Made by a program: the position numbers and the translations under genes. DNA of 63,633 bases, filler included, from Pseudomonadota bacterium (GTDB lineage: Bacteria > Bdellovibrionota_F > JAHFAK01 > JBDREC01), in the NCBI GenBank assembly GCA_043820105.1. It is 8 parts of 8 records of this genome, joined end to end, with 100 filler letters (N's around TTAATTAATTAA, not from the genome) between each part and the next. Parts side by side here need not be neighbours in the genome. Positions count along the whole stretch, not along the records: positions 1 to 21,502 come from JBDREC010000009.1; positions 21,603 to 40,193 come from JBDREC010000011.1; 6 more parts are not named here. One strand, written 5' to 3'. Below the pieces are notes generated by a model that saw only the letters and a list, made by a program, of their open reading frames with translations, ran no database searches and had not been told where the DNA came from. Positions 20,993-32,125 of the stretch are shown one piece after another. The first letter of the stretch is position 1, and each line of letters opens with the position of its first letter.

Positions 20993-21502
20993 ATGATGAA
21001 TAAGCTAGAAAAAATCATGTTAATCACAATCTTAGCATCTAGTTTTATTTTCATTGGTTGTGGAAATAATGCAAAAAGAAGATCAGCTGCGGGTTTATAT
21101 GGTGCTGGAGCTCAATCAAAATATGCTAAATATAGAGATATGAGATCTCTTGATAGATACAGAAGAAGAAATCAACCAGGTTCATACATGATGCCAGGGG
21201 CAATGGAAGCAAAAATGATGCAAGACATTTTTAAAATGCAAGTTAAAGCACAACAAGAACAGCAAAAAGCGATGCTAGCTGTTGGAGTTGGTGGAGCAGT
21301 AGCAACAGGAGTTGCTGGAATAATTACAGGGGTAGCAGCTGCTGCAAAAAACAAAAAAGCAGCACAAGCAGCTCAAGCTCAAGCAGCAGCAGGAGCAGGT
21401 CATGATTTAGCGATGGCCCAATTAATGGCTGATCGAGATGTTACGCTTGCTTATATACAGGCAGGAGGCGGCGGAAGAGTAGGCGCGCCAGCTGAGAAAA
21501 AG
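20993..21502 (+). CDS. hypothetical lipoprotein with Gly/Ala-rich hydrophobic segment, 3'-truncated
   Basis: FIGC lipobox; AVGVGGAVATGVAGIITGVAAAA; ends at the contig break. Confidence 0.7.
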
Positions 21503-21602
21503 NNNNNNNNNNNNNNNNNNNNNNNNNNNNNNNNNNNNNNNNNNNNTTAATTAATTAANNNNNNNNNNNNNNNNNNNNNNNNNNNNNNNNNNNNNNNNNN
21601 NN
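21503..21602. other. artificial contig linker (also 40194-40293, 42575-42674, 46146-46245, 48447-48546, 54671-54770, 60585-60684)
   Basis: Identical N44-TTAATTAATTAA-N44 spacers with stops in all frames. Confidence 0.99.
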
Positions 21603-22005
21603 ACAGGACCTACTGCTATTTTTATTAAATATTATTTTTAAAAAAGATTATGCATATGGTTTTTAAAGCAAATTAAAATGCTTTTTTCTTCTCTTAATAA
21701 AAAATATTTTAGTAGCAGGTCCTGTGGTATTGTGGGTAACTGTCGTAAAAATAGAGGCTGCCCACAGCCGGACAATTGACAGTTATCCATAATTCCATCA
21801 GGACTCTTTTATCCATGTTTAATGATTATCTTACTTTTTATTGAATATTGGAGTGTGCACCCATTGGGTTATTTATGAAAATATTAATCTTTTGCTTAAT
21901 ATCCCGTTCTTATCTTGGCTTGCTCTGTTTTCTATTCTTCTCTTTTATTAAGAATCGCCTTGTTTAGATATAAACAACTTTAGCGATCACTAATTCCCTT
22001 TTGTC

Positions 22006-22752
22006 TTAAATTTTATCCTTTGTCTTTTTTGATTTAGATTCGAATATTTTTGAAAGAGTATTTAATTTCAATTTATTTCTCTTTTCGATAGCATCTAGAA
22101 CCCATTTAAATTGAAAATAACCATATTTATTTGGGTCTTCACCTAATTTGCCATAGTGTTTGTTGAAATATTCTCTTTCATTTTCATTTTTAGGAAAAGC
22201 GTCTTTAAGTTTTTTAAAAATAGGTTGCAGAATTGTTTTAATTTTTAAAAGTTTTTTCTCTCCACCTTTTATTTCCATCCAAAAAGCAACTGCGTAATCA
22301 TTCGCCAATTTTTCAGAATCAAAATGATCCGATTTGAAATCGTATTCCGTTTGCAAAAAATGGGTCAATTCATGAGGTATAAAAAACCAATTGAATAAAG
22401 CTGTAAAAAGAGTTTGAGCTGTTTTAATATTTCCAGTCCAATCTAAAAAAATCTCTTTCTGATTTTTTTTAAGATCGATCCAAAATGGTATTCTAACTTT
22501 TTTTAATTTTTCTCTCCAGGAAATTAATGATGGTGTGGTTTTTATTTCAATTGTTGGAGTATAGCGGGGATTGCAATTATGCTCTTTGATTTTATATATA
22601 AAATCAATAATAATGTCTTGTGCATTCTTTTCTAGAATAATTTTATCTGTATAAGGTGGAAAAAGGTTTGATTCTGAATATCCTAAAAAAGGGGCTATTA
22701 GAATAATTGTTAAAAAAAACAGAGAATACTTTTTTAATAATTCCATAAACAA
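22006..22752 (-). CDS. secreted protein with HExxH (zincin-like) motif
   Basis: Signal peptide; PHELTHF followed by E..AND. Confidence 0.6.
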   Translation of the reverse strand: MFMELLKKYSLFFLTIILIAPFLGYSESNLFPPYTDKIILEKNAQDIIIDFIYKIKEHNCNPRYTPTIEIKTTPSLISWREKLKKVRIPFWIDLKKNQKEIFLDWTGNIKTAQTLFTALFNWFFIPHELTHFLQTEYDFKSDHFDSEKLANDYAVAFWMEIKGGEKKLLKIKTILQPIFKKLKDAFPKNENEREYFNKHYGKLGEDPNKYGYFQFKWVLDAIEKRNKLKLNTLSKIFESKSKKTKDKI

Positions 22753-23101
22753 ATTTTTATAAAAATATCTTGAAAAGTCACGAAATTAGAGAATACACTG
22801 ATCTACTTCTGGTTCATTGTTTTTAATATTTCTTCAATTGTCATACTATCTGAATAACTTACTCGATACCCATGTCCCCAAAACTTCCCCTTACATTTTG
22901 GACATTCTCTTTTTATTTTCCACTTGAATTTTTTTTTTAATTCTGATACTTCTTTCAAACAGATATTAAAATATAATATCATAATAGAGCCTTTTTTTTG
23001 TTTGTAATACTTTTGGCTCTATTTTTTTGCCTAAAAAACCAAGTAAATTCTTATATATTGTTCAATTTATTCTATTAATATCGTCGCTGTATTGTTTGTT
23101 A

Positions 23102-25753
23102 TTATTTGCTAGGGGACACCACATTTAGTGGGATTGACGATTTTAAAACACCACCACTACTTAAAATTGCTCCTCCCCAGCATTTTACAGAAGTATCTTC
23201 CAGAATAGAACAAGTGTGATAACTGCCAACCGCTATATCAATAATTCCGCCTACTGGAGTTGAATCACTTTCATTAGTTTGAACATAAACGGGATAAGCT
23301 GAATCTTCTGAATCATTATTTCCAAGTTGTCCACTTGTATTGTGTCCCCAACACATTTGTGTATTATCTTCCATTAATATACAATTATGATAGCTACCAA
23401 CAGCGAGCTTTACGGCGCCTGTTAAATTGGTAGTGCTTGTAAATTTGACACCAGATGGAACATAATATGATCCTCCACTACTACTGAATTTCCCGTTTCC
23501 TAATTGGCCATAATTTTTCCAACCCCAGCATTTAACGCTCGTATCATCCATTAAAGCACACGAGTGTGACCTGCCAACTCCAAGGTCTGCTATTTCGCTT
23601 AATGGTGTTGAATCAGAACTGCTTGTTACAACGCTAACTGGAACTAAAGAACTTGTTGTACTATTATTCCCAAGTTTTCCATAACTATTTCTTCCCCAAC
23701 ATTTTGCTGTTGTATCAGATAATAACACACAAGTGTGTTCATAATTAGTAGCAATTTTTACCACATTTTGCAATGGAGTTGAATCAGTGCTGCTTGTTAT
23801 AACGTCAACAGGAACAAGAGAAGTAGATGTATCATTATTTCCCAATTGTCCATATTTATTGTAACCCCAGCATTTTACTGTTGAATCGCTCATCAATACA
23901 CATGAATAGTAATTTCCAATAGCTAAGTCCTGCACGCCTGATAATGGACTTGAATCAGTACTGCTTGTTACAACACTAACAGGAATTTTCGATGTATCGC
24001 TTGAATTATTTCCAAGCACTCCATTACTATTACTACCCCAACATTTAACTGTTGAATCATTCATCAAGGCACAGGAAAAACCGTTGCCTAATCCAACTTT
24101 TTCAACTCCAGTTAAAATATTAGCTTCAGCATCCTGAATTACACTTTCGGCGATATAAACATCATCTGTTGTATTATTACCAACTTGTCCATTGGAATTA
24201 TATCCCCAACATTTCAAAGAAGTATCATTTAACAGAGCACAACTGTGGCTGTTTCCCAATGAAATTCCAATCACCTCCAGTAAGAGTTCTTTTGTTTCAT
24301 TATCAGCAACTACAGCTATTGGAGTTTCTGAGCTAACTAGTGGATAGGCATTTCCTAATTGACCACTATCATTATTTCCCCAACACTTAACGCTGTTATC
24401 CTCTAATAAGGCACAAACGTGAGATAATCCGGCTGCAATATTATTTACTCCAGTCAAAACTCCAAGTTCAGTGCTTTCATCAATAACATCAAGGGGCAGT
24501 GTTGAATCCTCGCCTAATCCATCTCCAAGTTGTCCATATTCATTATTTCCCCAGCATTTTACAGTTGAATCTGACATTAATGAACAGGTGAAGGCTTCAC
24601 CTGTTGAAATTTCAACAACATTGGACATTACTGTTGCTACATCATCAACATTTTCAATAACATCAACCGGGAAAGATGAATTATTAGTTGAATTGTCTCC
24701 CAATTGACCATAATTATTATAGCCCCAGCATTTGATACTTGTATCTTCCATTAAAGCACATACATGATTAGAATTTATTGAAATTTTTTCAACTGCAGTT
24801 AATGGATTTAAATCTGTTGCGCTAGATATAACATCGAGCGGAACTAGCGAATTTTCAGTGCTTCCATTTCCTAATTGACCTCTTCTATTATTCCCCCAGC
24901 ATTTGACACTTGTATCATCCATCAAAGCACAGACAGAGTATGCACCAACTTGTATATCTATAGCACCAGTTAATGGCTTGGAATCAGATTCACTGGTAAC
25001 AACAAAAACAGGAGTCAATGTGCTTTCTGTGCTATTATTTCCTAATTGTCCGGCTCCATTATCACCCCAACATTTCACACTTGTATCATTTAGTAAAGCA
25101 CAGGTAAAACTTTCACCTGCTGAAATTTTTTCCACATTTTCAAGATAGCTCAAGGCACTTTCATCATTGAATACAGCCACTGGCGTATTTGAATCAACTT
25201 CAAGTTCGTTATTTCCTAATTGGCCAAATTCATTACTTCCCCAGCATTTCACGCCTGTATCATTGCTTAAAGCACAAACATGACTATTTCCGGCATCAAC
25301 TTGTATTATCCCTGATAACTCATTACTATCTAAGCTACTGGTCACAACATTTACTGGAAAATAAGAATCATCATTTGTATTGTTACCTAATTGCCCACTA
25401 TAATTATTACCCCAACATTGAACTGTTGAATCTTCTAATAAAATACAAGAACTACCTGCTCCTAAACTAAGTTTTATTTCTTGTGTAAATGTTTCAGTTT
25501 CTGTGGCAAAAGCTTCTTCATCTTCTGTTATCTCAACAGTTTCTGCAACCTCAGCTAATGCACTTTCGTCTTCTACAGCAGCATCTGTGAATTCATCATT
25601 TATTTGTGTTTCTTCAGATATTCCCTGATCTTGCTGAGCATTTTCTTCAACAACTGCAACATCGCTACTGGTTGTATTTTCCTCAGAATTACATGAATTT
25701 ATTATTAATAAAATAGAAATTGTAAAAATCATTGCTACGAATTTTTTTAACAT
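23102..25753 (-). CDS. RCC1/BLIP-II repeat lipoprotein
   Basis: INSC lipobox, acidic linker, about 14 repeats of H.CAL..D.SVKCWG.N..GQLG. Confidence 0.92.
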   Translation of the reverse strand: MLKKFVAMIFTISILLIINSCNSEENTTSSDVAVVEENAQQDQGISEETQINDEFTDAAVEDESALAEVAETVEITEDEEAFATETETFTQEIKLSLGAGSSCILLEDSTVQCWGNNYSGQLGNNTNDDSYFPVNVVTSSLDSNELSGIIQVDAGNSHVCALSNDTGVKCWGSNEFGQLGNNELEVDSNTPVAVFNDESALSYLENVEKISAGESFTCALLNDTSVKCWGDNGAGQLGNNSTESTLTPVFVVTSESDSKPLTGAIDIQVGAYSVCALMDDTSVKCWGNNRRGQLGNGSTENSLVPLDVISSATDLNPLTAVEKISINSNHVCALMEDTSIKCWGYNNYGQLGDNSTNNSSFPVDVIENVDDVATVMSNVVEISTGEAFTCSLMSDSTVKCWGNNEYGQLGDGLGEDSTLPLDVIDESTELGVLTGVNNIAAGLSHVCALLEDNSVKCWGNNDSGQLGNAYPLVSSETPIAVVADNETKELLLEVIGISLGNSHSCALLNDTSLKCWGYNSNGQVGNNTTDDVYIAESVIQDAEANILTGVEKVGLGNGFSCALMNDSTVKCWGSNSNGVLGNNSSDTSKIPVSVVTSSTDSSPLSGVQDLAIGNYYSCVLMSDSTVKCWGYNKYGQLGNNDTSTSLVPVDVITSSTDSTPLQNVVKIATNYEHTCVLLSDTTAKCWGRNSYGKLGNNSTTSSLVPVSVVTSSSDSTPLSEIADLGVGRSHSCALMDDTSVKCWGWKNYGQLGNGKFSSSGGSYYVPSGVKFTSTTNLTGAVKLAVGSYHNCILMEDNTQMCWGHNTSGQLGNNDSEDSAYPVYVQTNESDSTPVGGIIDIAVGSYHTCSILEDTSVKCWGGAILSSGGVLKSSIPLNVVSPSK

Positions 25754-25793
25754 AATAAATTTTCCTTTTTTATCAGTATAATATCACATTATT

Positions 25794-25809
25794 TGCAATG
25801 ATGATGCCA
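25794..25809 (-). promoter_or_regulatory. sigma-54 -24/-12 promoter
   Basis: TGGCAT-CATCA-TTGCA on the minus strand. Confidence 0.72.
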
Positions 25810-25994
25810 TGAAGCAAATTGTTTTTATTGCTGTATTTTCATTAAGTTATAACTACAATGAGATATTTTTATATTAAACCAGTAAGCTTTTTAACATTAT
25901 TTTACACATTATAAAAAATGTAAAAATCTCAATCTTTTACGTTAGTTAAATATTATTTTATTTGGATAATAAATTGCTTTGGCACTATAATCTG

Positions 25995-28007
25995 TTATAA
26001 TCCACTTGGACAATTGCTTGTTAAAAGACTTACATCGATCTCAATTGGAGTCTCATTATTTTGATTAGTATACATATATTCCAAAGCTGCTGTTTTAGTA
26101 GAAACTCCAAGTAACCTTGCAAAGCCACTTGAACAAAAATTTTGACTCCCGTTATTATAAACAAAATATAATGTAAAATTTGAAGTTACAAGAAAGTTGC
26201 TTGATAAATCTTCTTGAATATTAAAAGTAACTTCTTTTTCACTAGACATATCTGTTTTATAAGCTCCAATTGTAGAAGTAATCCTAGACAATGAATTATA
26301 TGCAACTAAACTAACATCCTGCGAATAACCAAGAGCTGTACCAGTTTTTGTAAACCCAAAATTAAAAGTTATTTCTGGATTTAAAATTAGAGTTGAAAAA
26401 CTTCCAATAAGTCCTTCAACTTCATTCTCTGCATCATTTTCAAGATAAGAAGCTACTGCAACACGAGAATCCCCAGTAACAAGGCCTGTTATTGCAGTGT
26501 TATCATCATTTTTAAGTAGGTTGTATAAAGCTTTTGAATAATCAACTGAATCAAATGTATAATAAAATTTTAAGCTACAGCTTGAATCAGCCATACAGTC
26601 AACCACTTCATTTAAGTCAGCTGAAATTTCGCATATCGATGAGCTAACTTCGCAAGAACCTAAAGTGCTGTCGCTAGTATCTGATTTAACAAGCGTAATT
26701 ACTTCACCTTCTTCAATGACTTCATCTGCTGAATCAGTAAAAGAAACACTAAATGTTATTGATTCAGAACTTTCAATCACAATAGAATGATTTTCATTAA
26801 CTGTTGCTGCTAAGTCACTTGATCCTTCAACTGGTGTTGCTGAAGCTGTTAAAACTAAAGTAAAACTTTCAACATTATCACTTAGCTCATATTCAATAGA
26901 ATATAGGTTTGGTGTGTCTGCATCTGAACTTTGTCTAAAATGACTTAATGTGACATCTCCAGCAGTGATTGCATCTGTTAAAGTAATTGGTTCTGATGAT
27001 AAGGAAGTTAATACCAAAGAATTGTCCAAGCTTTGAGTTAAAAGATAATCAAATCTAGCAACACTAAAGTCGTCCATAACTGATATTGAGCTTCCTTCAG
27101 AATCTTCAGCACCTATTTCTACAACATAACTTGCTATACCTTCTGAAACAGAGCTTGTAATATCCATATCAATAGAAAAAACTGTAATTTCACCATTTAC
27201 TGTTACAGTTGCTTCTTTAGAATAATTTTCTGAAGTAGTAAAACTAACAGACGAACATTCATTTTCAATAGCAATTGAATGTGTATAAGCTGTTTCATCA
27301 TTTTCAGTAATTTCAAAAACGTGTTCAATACTGTTACCATCAATTGTTGGAGTAACAGAAGAAGCAGCAGCTTCCCCAACAGCATAAGTCATTGTTACAT
27401 CATAATCAGCTGGATTCAAAGCTTCAGCTGTCTGAACATTTTGAATAATAACAGATAGAGTTTTTTCATTTGCAGCAGAATCTGCATAATTTGCAAAAAC
27501 TTCGGCCACAACAACATCACTACATTCATCACCTGTTGTACCAATATACATTTCAAAATCAATAGTAGTATCTTCTGTAACTTCAACTTCTCTAACTGAA
27601 GTATAAGGACCACCAAAAATACCAGCTGCATCAATTGTTAAAGTTGCGGTAATAGCACCTTTAGTAACAGATAAAGCACTTGCACTGAAAACTCCATTAT
27701 CAACATAAGCTAAATCAGCTGTTTCAGTTGAATCATTGTCTACGATAGAAACAGAAACACCCAGTTCACTAGGATCAGATTCAGCGGCCATTGAAAGTTT
27801 TGCGCTAATTCCGATATTAACCAAATTTTCACCTGACAAAGAATCAATACCCAAACCATCTGACAAAGTTGAATTGTTCATTGATGTTTCATCCTTATTA
27901 TTAGATGCAGTACATCCAATCAAAAGGATCATAATTTGTAAGGTGACTGAAAAGAACAGAAAAATAGACCTTGTTTTGATTTGCTTACTCATACCCATTT
28001 CCTCCAA
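25995..28007 (-). CDS. large acidic beta-rich lipoprotein
   Basis: LIGC lipobox; Ser/Thr/Asp/Glu-rich beta-sandwich-like sequence. Confidence 0.75.
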   Translation of the reverse strand: MEEMGMSKQIKTRSIFLFFSVTLQIMILLIGCTASNNKDETSMNNSTLSDGLGIDSLSGENLVNIGISAKLSMAAESDPSELGVSVSIVDNDSTETADLAYVDNGVFSASALSVTKGAITATLTIDAAGIFGGPYTSVREVEVTEDTTIDFEMYIGTTGDECSDVVVAEVFANYADSAANEKTLSVIIQNVQTAEALNPADYDVTMTYAVGEAAASSVTPTIDGNSIEHVFEITENDETAYTHSIAIENECSSVSFTTSENYSKEATVTVNGEITVFSIDMDITSSVSEGIASYVVEIGAEDSEGSSISVMDDFSVARFDYLLTQSLDNSLVLTSLSSEPITLTDAITAGDVTLSHFRQSSDADTPNLYSIEYELSDNVESFTLVLTASATPVEGSSDLAATVNENHSIVIESSESITFSVSFTDSADEVIEEGEVITLVKSDTSDSTLGSCEVSSSICEISADLNEVVDCMADSSCSLKFYYTFDSVDYSKALYNLLKNDDNTAITGLVTGDSRVAVASYLENDAENEVEGLIGSFSTLILNPEITFNFGFTKTGTALGYSQDVSLVAYNSLSRITSTIGAYKTDMSSEKEVTFNIQEDLSSNFLVTSNFTLYFVYNNGSQNFCSSGFARLLGVSTKTAALEYMYTNQNNETPIEIDVSLLTSNCPSGL

Positions 28008-28131
28008 AGTAAAATTGCTTGTTTGCTATCAATAAATTATTTTTCATTTTTTCTTCCTAAAAAGAATAAATTATCCATAATAATTTAAAGATAAAAAAAT
28101 ACTCGCATCTTTAAATGCAAAGAAATTTAAT

Positions 28132-28147
28132 TGCAAAACAAGTGCCA
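28132..28147 (-). promoter_or_regulatory. sigma-54 -24/-12 promoter
   Basis: TGGCAC-TTGTT-TTGCA on the minus strand. Confidence 0.75.
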
Positions 28148-28230
28148 CAGGTCACACAAATATATAACCCTTTCATTACAGGATGTTATGTTGTTTTATT
28201 TTTTATTTTTATGTTTAAACCGGAAGATTT

Positions 28231-29085
28231 TTAAGCGAAATGTAAAGGATCCAGGTCCAAGCTAGAATTTACGATAGAAATAGCTTCAAAGATATTTTGA
28301 AATATTTTAAGACCCTGACCTGCTTCGGAAATATTTGGATTGTTTCTTTTGATTTGCCCCCAATTGGGATGATTATAAAGAGAAAGAAAGGCTTCAGGAT
28401 GAGGCATCATTCCTAGAACGTGACCAGTTTCATTAATCAAGGCCGCACAATTTAAGGCAGCGCCATTGGGATTTTGTGGAAACATTGAGCTTTCATTTAA
28501 ATCTTCATCACAATAGGTGAGGCAATTTAGTTTCTTTTCAATAATTAGTTTTTTAATAGTTCCATCTTTTATAATAAGCTTACCCTCCCCGTGTCTTACA
28601 GGAAGATCCATGCTTTTAATGTTTGTTAAAAATGGAGAATTATTTTCATTGATTTTGCATTTAACCCAGCGGTTTTCAAATTTTCCAGAATCATTTGTTG
28701 CAAGAGTAACTTCAGCCTCAAAATTACCTCCAATATTTGGAAGCAAACCCATTTTCACAAGAGCTTGAAAACCATTACAGATTCCTAGGATAAACTTTTT
28801 ATCATTAATAAATATTTTTAGTTCATCCATTAAAGTTGTTTCTTTGTTTCCAATTTTTTTATAGCGAATCTTGTTTGCTAAAACCTTTCCTGATCCTAAG
28901 TCATCACCAAAGGAAAACCCCCCTGGAAAGCCGATTATATCAAATTCATGAATATTTACTTTGTCATTTAAAATTTCATTTAAGAAAACTATTTTTGAGT
29001 TAAAACCGCTTAAGGAAAAAGCAGCATTTAACTCTTCTTCACAATTAATTCCAAAACCTGTAATTACAAGTGCTTTTGCCTTCAT
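28231..29085 (-). CDS. purQ: FGAM synthase glutaminase subunit
   Basis: PGGFSFGD, GICNGFQ, MMPHPE. Confidence 0.93.
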   Translation of the reverse strand: MKAKALVITGFGINCEEELNAAFSLSGFNSKIVFLNEILNDKVNIHEFDIIGFPGGFSFGDDLGSGKVLANKIRYKKIGNKETTLMDELKIFINDKKFILGICNGFQALVKMGLLPNIGGNFEAEVTLATNDSGKFENRWVKCKINENNSPFLTNIKSMDLPVRHGEGKLIIKDGTIKKLIIEKKLNCLTYCDEDLNESSMFPQNPNGAALNCAALINETGHVLGMMPHPEAFLSLYNHPNWGQIKRNNPNISEAGQGLKIFQNIFEAISIVNSSLDLDPLHFA

Positions 29086-32000
29086 AAGCCAAGCCCTCCT
29101 TCACAGGCTCGCAAGAGATCATCGAGACTTAAATTTATCAAAACAGCACCATATTCAATTATACTCGCCATATTATCATCAGTAACTCTACCAAGGTAAA
29201 AACAATGTTTGCTAAATATTTCTTCAAAAGCTTCTTTATTCTCAGGTTTGATACTTACCACAAATCTCGATTGGCTTTCTGAAAATAAAAATTTATTTTT
29301 CAAATCTCCATCCTCTTCAAAAAGTGCTTGTTCATTTAAACTCACTTCAAAACCAAAACCAGTTCCAAAAGCTGACTCACAAAGAGCTACAGCCAAGCCA
29401 CCATCAGACAGGTCATGACTTGATTCAATTAAGGATTTGCTATTTGCTTTTTCAAGATTTTTATAAAGCCTTAGCGCTTCATCTTTCCTAACTTTTGGCA
29501 CATTAGCACCAAGCATATTAAATAGTTTATAAAATTCAGAAGCTCCAAGTTCATTATATGTTAATCCCAATTGGTATATTAAATCACCTTTTGCCTTGAA
29601 ATCAGAACTTATAGTTTTTCTAACATCACTAATCTTTGCTACCATTGAATATAAAATTGTTGGGGGAACAGATATTTTAACGCCCTCAATTTTAAAATCA
29701 TTTTTCATTGAATCTTTACCACTTGTCATTGGAATATTGTAAAAGGTAGACATGTCATAAAGGCCTTTGCACATCCTAACAAGTTGAGCTAATTTATATT
29801 TTCCATCTGGATTTTTATTTTCATGATAAAGAGAATCAGGTACACAAAAATTATCATTAACTGACCAAAAAATTTCTTTGTTATTTTCAAAATCTGGTAA
29901 AACACCACCAACTGAAATTATTTGTCTAATCCCTTCATCAAATGCAGCACATGACATTTCATAAGCATCAATGTCTCCATACTTTGGACAAATTCCATTT
30001 GAAATTGCAAGACCTTCATATGAGTTATGATTAACTCTAATCACAGCTGCATCTTGTGGAGCCTTACCCTTTTTTCCCATAAGAGGCTTTATAACTGATT
30101 TTCCCTTTACCTCATGATCATACTGACGAATAACATCTTCACGTGAACAAATATTTTCAGAAGCAATAAGGCAAAGCAATATTTGATTATAATCAATATT
30201 TTTTTCAATTTCTGGTTCTTTGACAATTGGCTTTTTCCAGGAAGCATTCATCTTTTTTCTTGGAACTGCGTTATGCAAGAAATCAAGGTCAAGCAAAGCA
30301 ACCTGATTATTTTCATATTTAATATCAAGATATCCTGAATCATTAAATTCACCAATAACAGAAATTTCAACCTCCATTTCAGAAGCCAAGGCTTGCATAT
30401 CATCAAGTTTTTCAGGAACGCAAGTAAAGGTCATTCTTTCCTGAGATTCAGAAACAAATATTTCCCAGGGTTTTAAGCCAGAATATTTTAAAGGAACTTT
30501 TTCTAAGTTTACAATTGCTCCATTTGTAATTTCAGCAAGTTCACCAATTGATGAAGATAGGCCACCTGCTCCATCATCAGTTGAACATTTAATTAAGGAT
30601 TTTGCACAGGCCTTTTCCATAAAATCACAAAGTAGTTTTTGAGTAATTGGCGAACCGATTTGAACAGCAGACTGAGGAGAATTTTCATCAATTTCTACTG
30701 AGGAAAAAGTTGCTCCGTGAATGCCGTCTTTTCCAACCCTTCCACCTGCCATAATTATCAAATCACCCACATCAATTCTTTTGTCCCAGGTATTCAAATC
30801 GCCATAAGCTGATGGCAGAATGGATCCGGTTCCACAGTAAACAAGAGGCTTTCCTGCATATCTATCGTCAAAAATAATACTTCCATTTACAGTTGGAACA
30901 CCTGATTTGTTTCCACCAGCTTCTATTCCTTCTCTTACACCAGCAAAGATTCGCTTAGGATGAAGCTGACCAGGCAGCAGCTTTTTATTGTATGAAGGAA
31001 AGCCAAAACATAATACATTTGTATTAAATAAAAGCCTGCCACCCCCAACCCCTGTTCCAAAAGCATCTCTATTAACCCCTAAAATCCCTGTTAAAGCTCC
31101 ACCATATGGATCAAGAGCAGAAGGTGTATTATGAGTTTCAACTTTCCAAATAAAAAGGTCATTAGCATTTATCCTAACAACACCTGCATTATCAGAAAAA
31201 ACCTTTATGAGCCATTCTACATTCGCTTCTTTCATACGACTCTGAATAACATCTGTTGAGCCTTTGATATAAGTCTTAAAAAGAGAATCTATTTTTTCCG
31301 TTTTACCACTTTCACTATCTTCATATTCTATCAAGGCATTAAACTCTTTATGCTTGCAATGTTCAGACCAGGTTTGAGCAAGAACTTCAATTTCACAATC
31401 AGTTGGCTTTGCTGAAAGCCCCAGCTCTTTTCTTTTTAAAATGACTTCTTTTGTTGCAAAATATTCTTTTATTACTTTCATTTCTTCTAAATTAAGGGAA
31501 AGAATCATCTGCTCTGAAAGTCTTAGCAATTCTTCATTTGACAAGTCTAAGTTAATTTCATCAACAGAAGAATCAGACTCTATTTTAACTTTAGGAACAT
31601 AGTTATTAATATCTGGTAGTTTGCCATATTCAAATTTATTGATAAGCTTATTTCCAAGGAGTTTATGACTAATTTCAAATAAATTTTTTTCACTTAAAGC
31701 ATTTTCAAAATAATACAACTTTGAGGTGAAAATATTTTGAAGATTTGTATCAAAGCTGGTATTAAAAATATCACACATTGTTTTTTGAGCTGAGATTCCT
31801 TCATCATCTGTAACACCAGGAAGTTTTGAAACTAAGATATAGGTTTTAAATTCCTCATTTAAATAAAATGAATTTATAGATACTTCGTTTAAAATATTAT
31901 CTTTTAGACCTAGTTGTGCAAAGGTTTGTAAGTCTTCTATTGATAAATCTGAGCCCATATTAAAAAGCTTACTTGCTTTAACTTTACCAGTTTCAATTCC

Positions 32001-32111
32001 ATAGTATTTCATGCAATTTTTTTTTACACTTTCAGCTTCTGAGTCAAAGAGATGGTCCTTGAAGGTTATCTGAATAAAAGATTGAGCTTTTTGCATTATT
32101 GCCTTCTCCAT
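29082..32111 (-). CDS. purL: FGAM synthase subunit PurL (with PurS-like N-terminus)
   Basis: WSEHCKHK, KVETHNTPS, DGIHGATFSS, SESQERM, HDLSDGG. Confidence 0.95.
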   Translation of the reverse strand: MEKAIMQKAQSFIQITFKDHLFDSEAESVKKNCMKYYGIETGKVKASKLFNMGSDLSIEDLQTFAQLGLKDNILNEVSINSFYLNEEFKTYILVSKLPGVTDDEGISAQKTMCDIFNTSFDTNLQNIFTSKLYYFENALSEKNLFEISHKLLGNKLINKFEYGKLPDINNYVPKVKIESDSSVDEINLDLSNEELLRLSEQMILSLNLEEMKVIKEYFATKEVILKRKELGLSAKPTDCEIEVLAQTWSEHCKHKEFNALIEYEDSESGKTEKIDSLFKTYIKGSTDVIQSRMKEANVEWLIKVFSDNAGVVRINANDLFIWKVETHNTPSALDPYGGALTGILGVNRDAFGTGVGGGRLLFNTNVLCFGFPSYNKKLLPGQLHPKRIFAGVREGIEAGGNKSGVPTVNGSIIFDDRYAGKPLVYCGTGSILPSAYGDLNTWDKRIDVGDLIIMAGGRVGKDGIHGATFSSVEIDENSPQSAVQIGSPITQKLLCDFMEKACAKSLIKCSTDDGAGGLSSSIGELAEITNGAIVNLEKVPLKYSGLKPWEIFVSESQERMTFTCVPEKLDDMQALASEMEVEISVIGEFNDSGYLDIKYENNQVALLDLDFLHNAVPRKKMNASWKKPIVKEPEIEKNIDYNQILLCLIASENICSREDVIRQYDHEVKGKSVIKPLMGKKGKAPQDAAVIRVNHNSYEGLAISNGICPKYGDIDAYEMSCAAFDEGIRQIISVGGVLPDFENNKEIFWSVNDNFCVPDSLYHENKNPDGKYKLAQLVRMCKGLYDMSTFYNIPMTSGKDSMKNDFKIEGVKISVPPTILYSMVAKISDVRKTISSDFKAKGDLIYQLGLTYNELGASEFYKLFNMLGANVPKVRKDEALRLYKNLEKANSKSLIESSHDLSDGGLAVALCESAFGTGFGFEVSLNEQALFEEDGDLKNKFLFSESQSRFVVSIKPENKEAFEEIFSKHCFYLGRVTDDNMASIIEYGAVLINLSLDDLLRACEGGLGL

Positions 32112-32125
32112 TATTGTATTTTGAT

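Noticed and set aside
21547..21558. TTAATTAATTAA palindrome recurring seven times
   Set aside because: Artificial linker inside N runs; gene neighbourhoods across linkers are meaningless.
23102..25753. RCC1 repeats as a DGR template/variable pair
   Set aside because: Repeats diverge at all base types and no reverse transcriptase is present.
25980..25995. Additional sigma-54 site at TGGCAC
   Set aside because: No TTGC at the required spacing.
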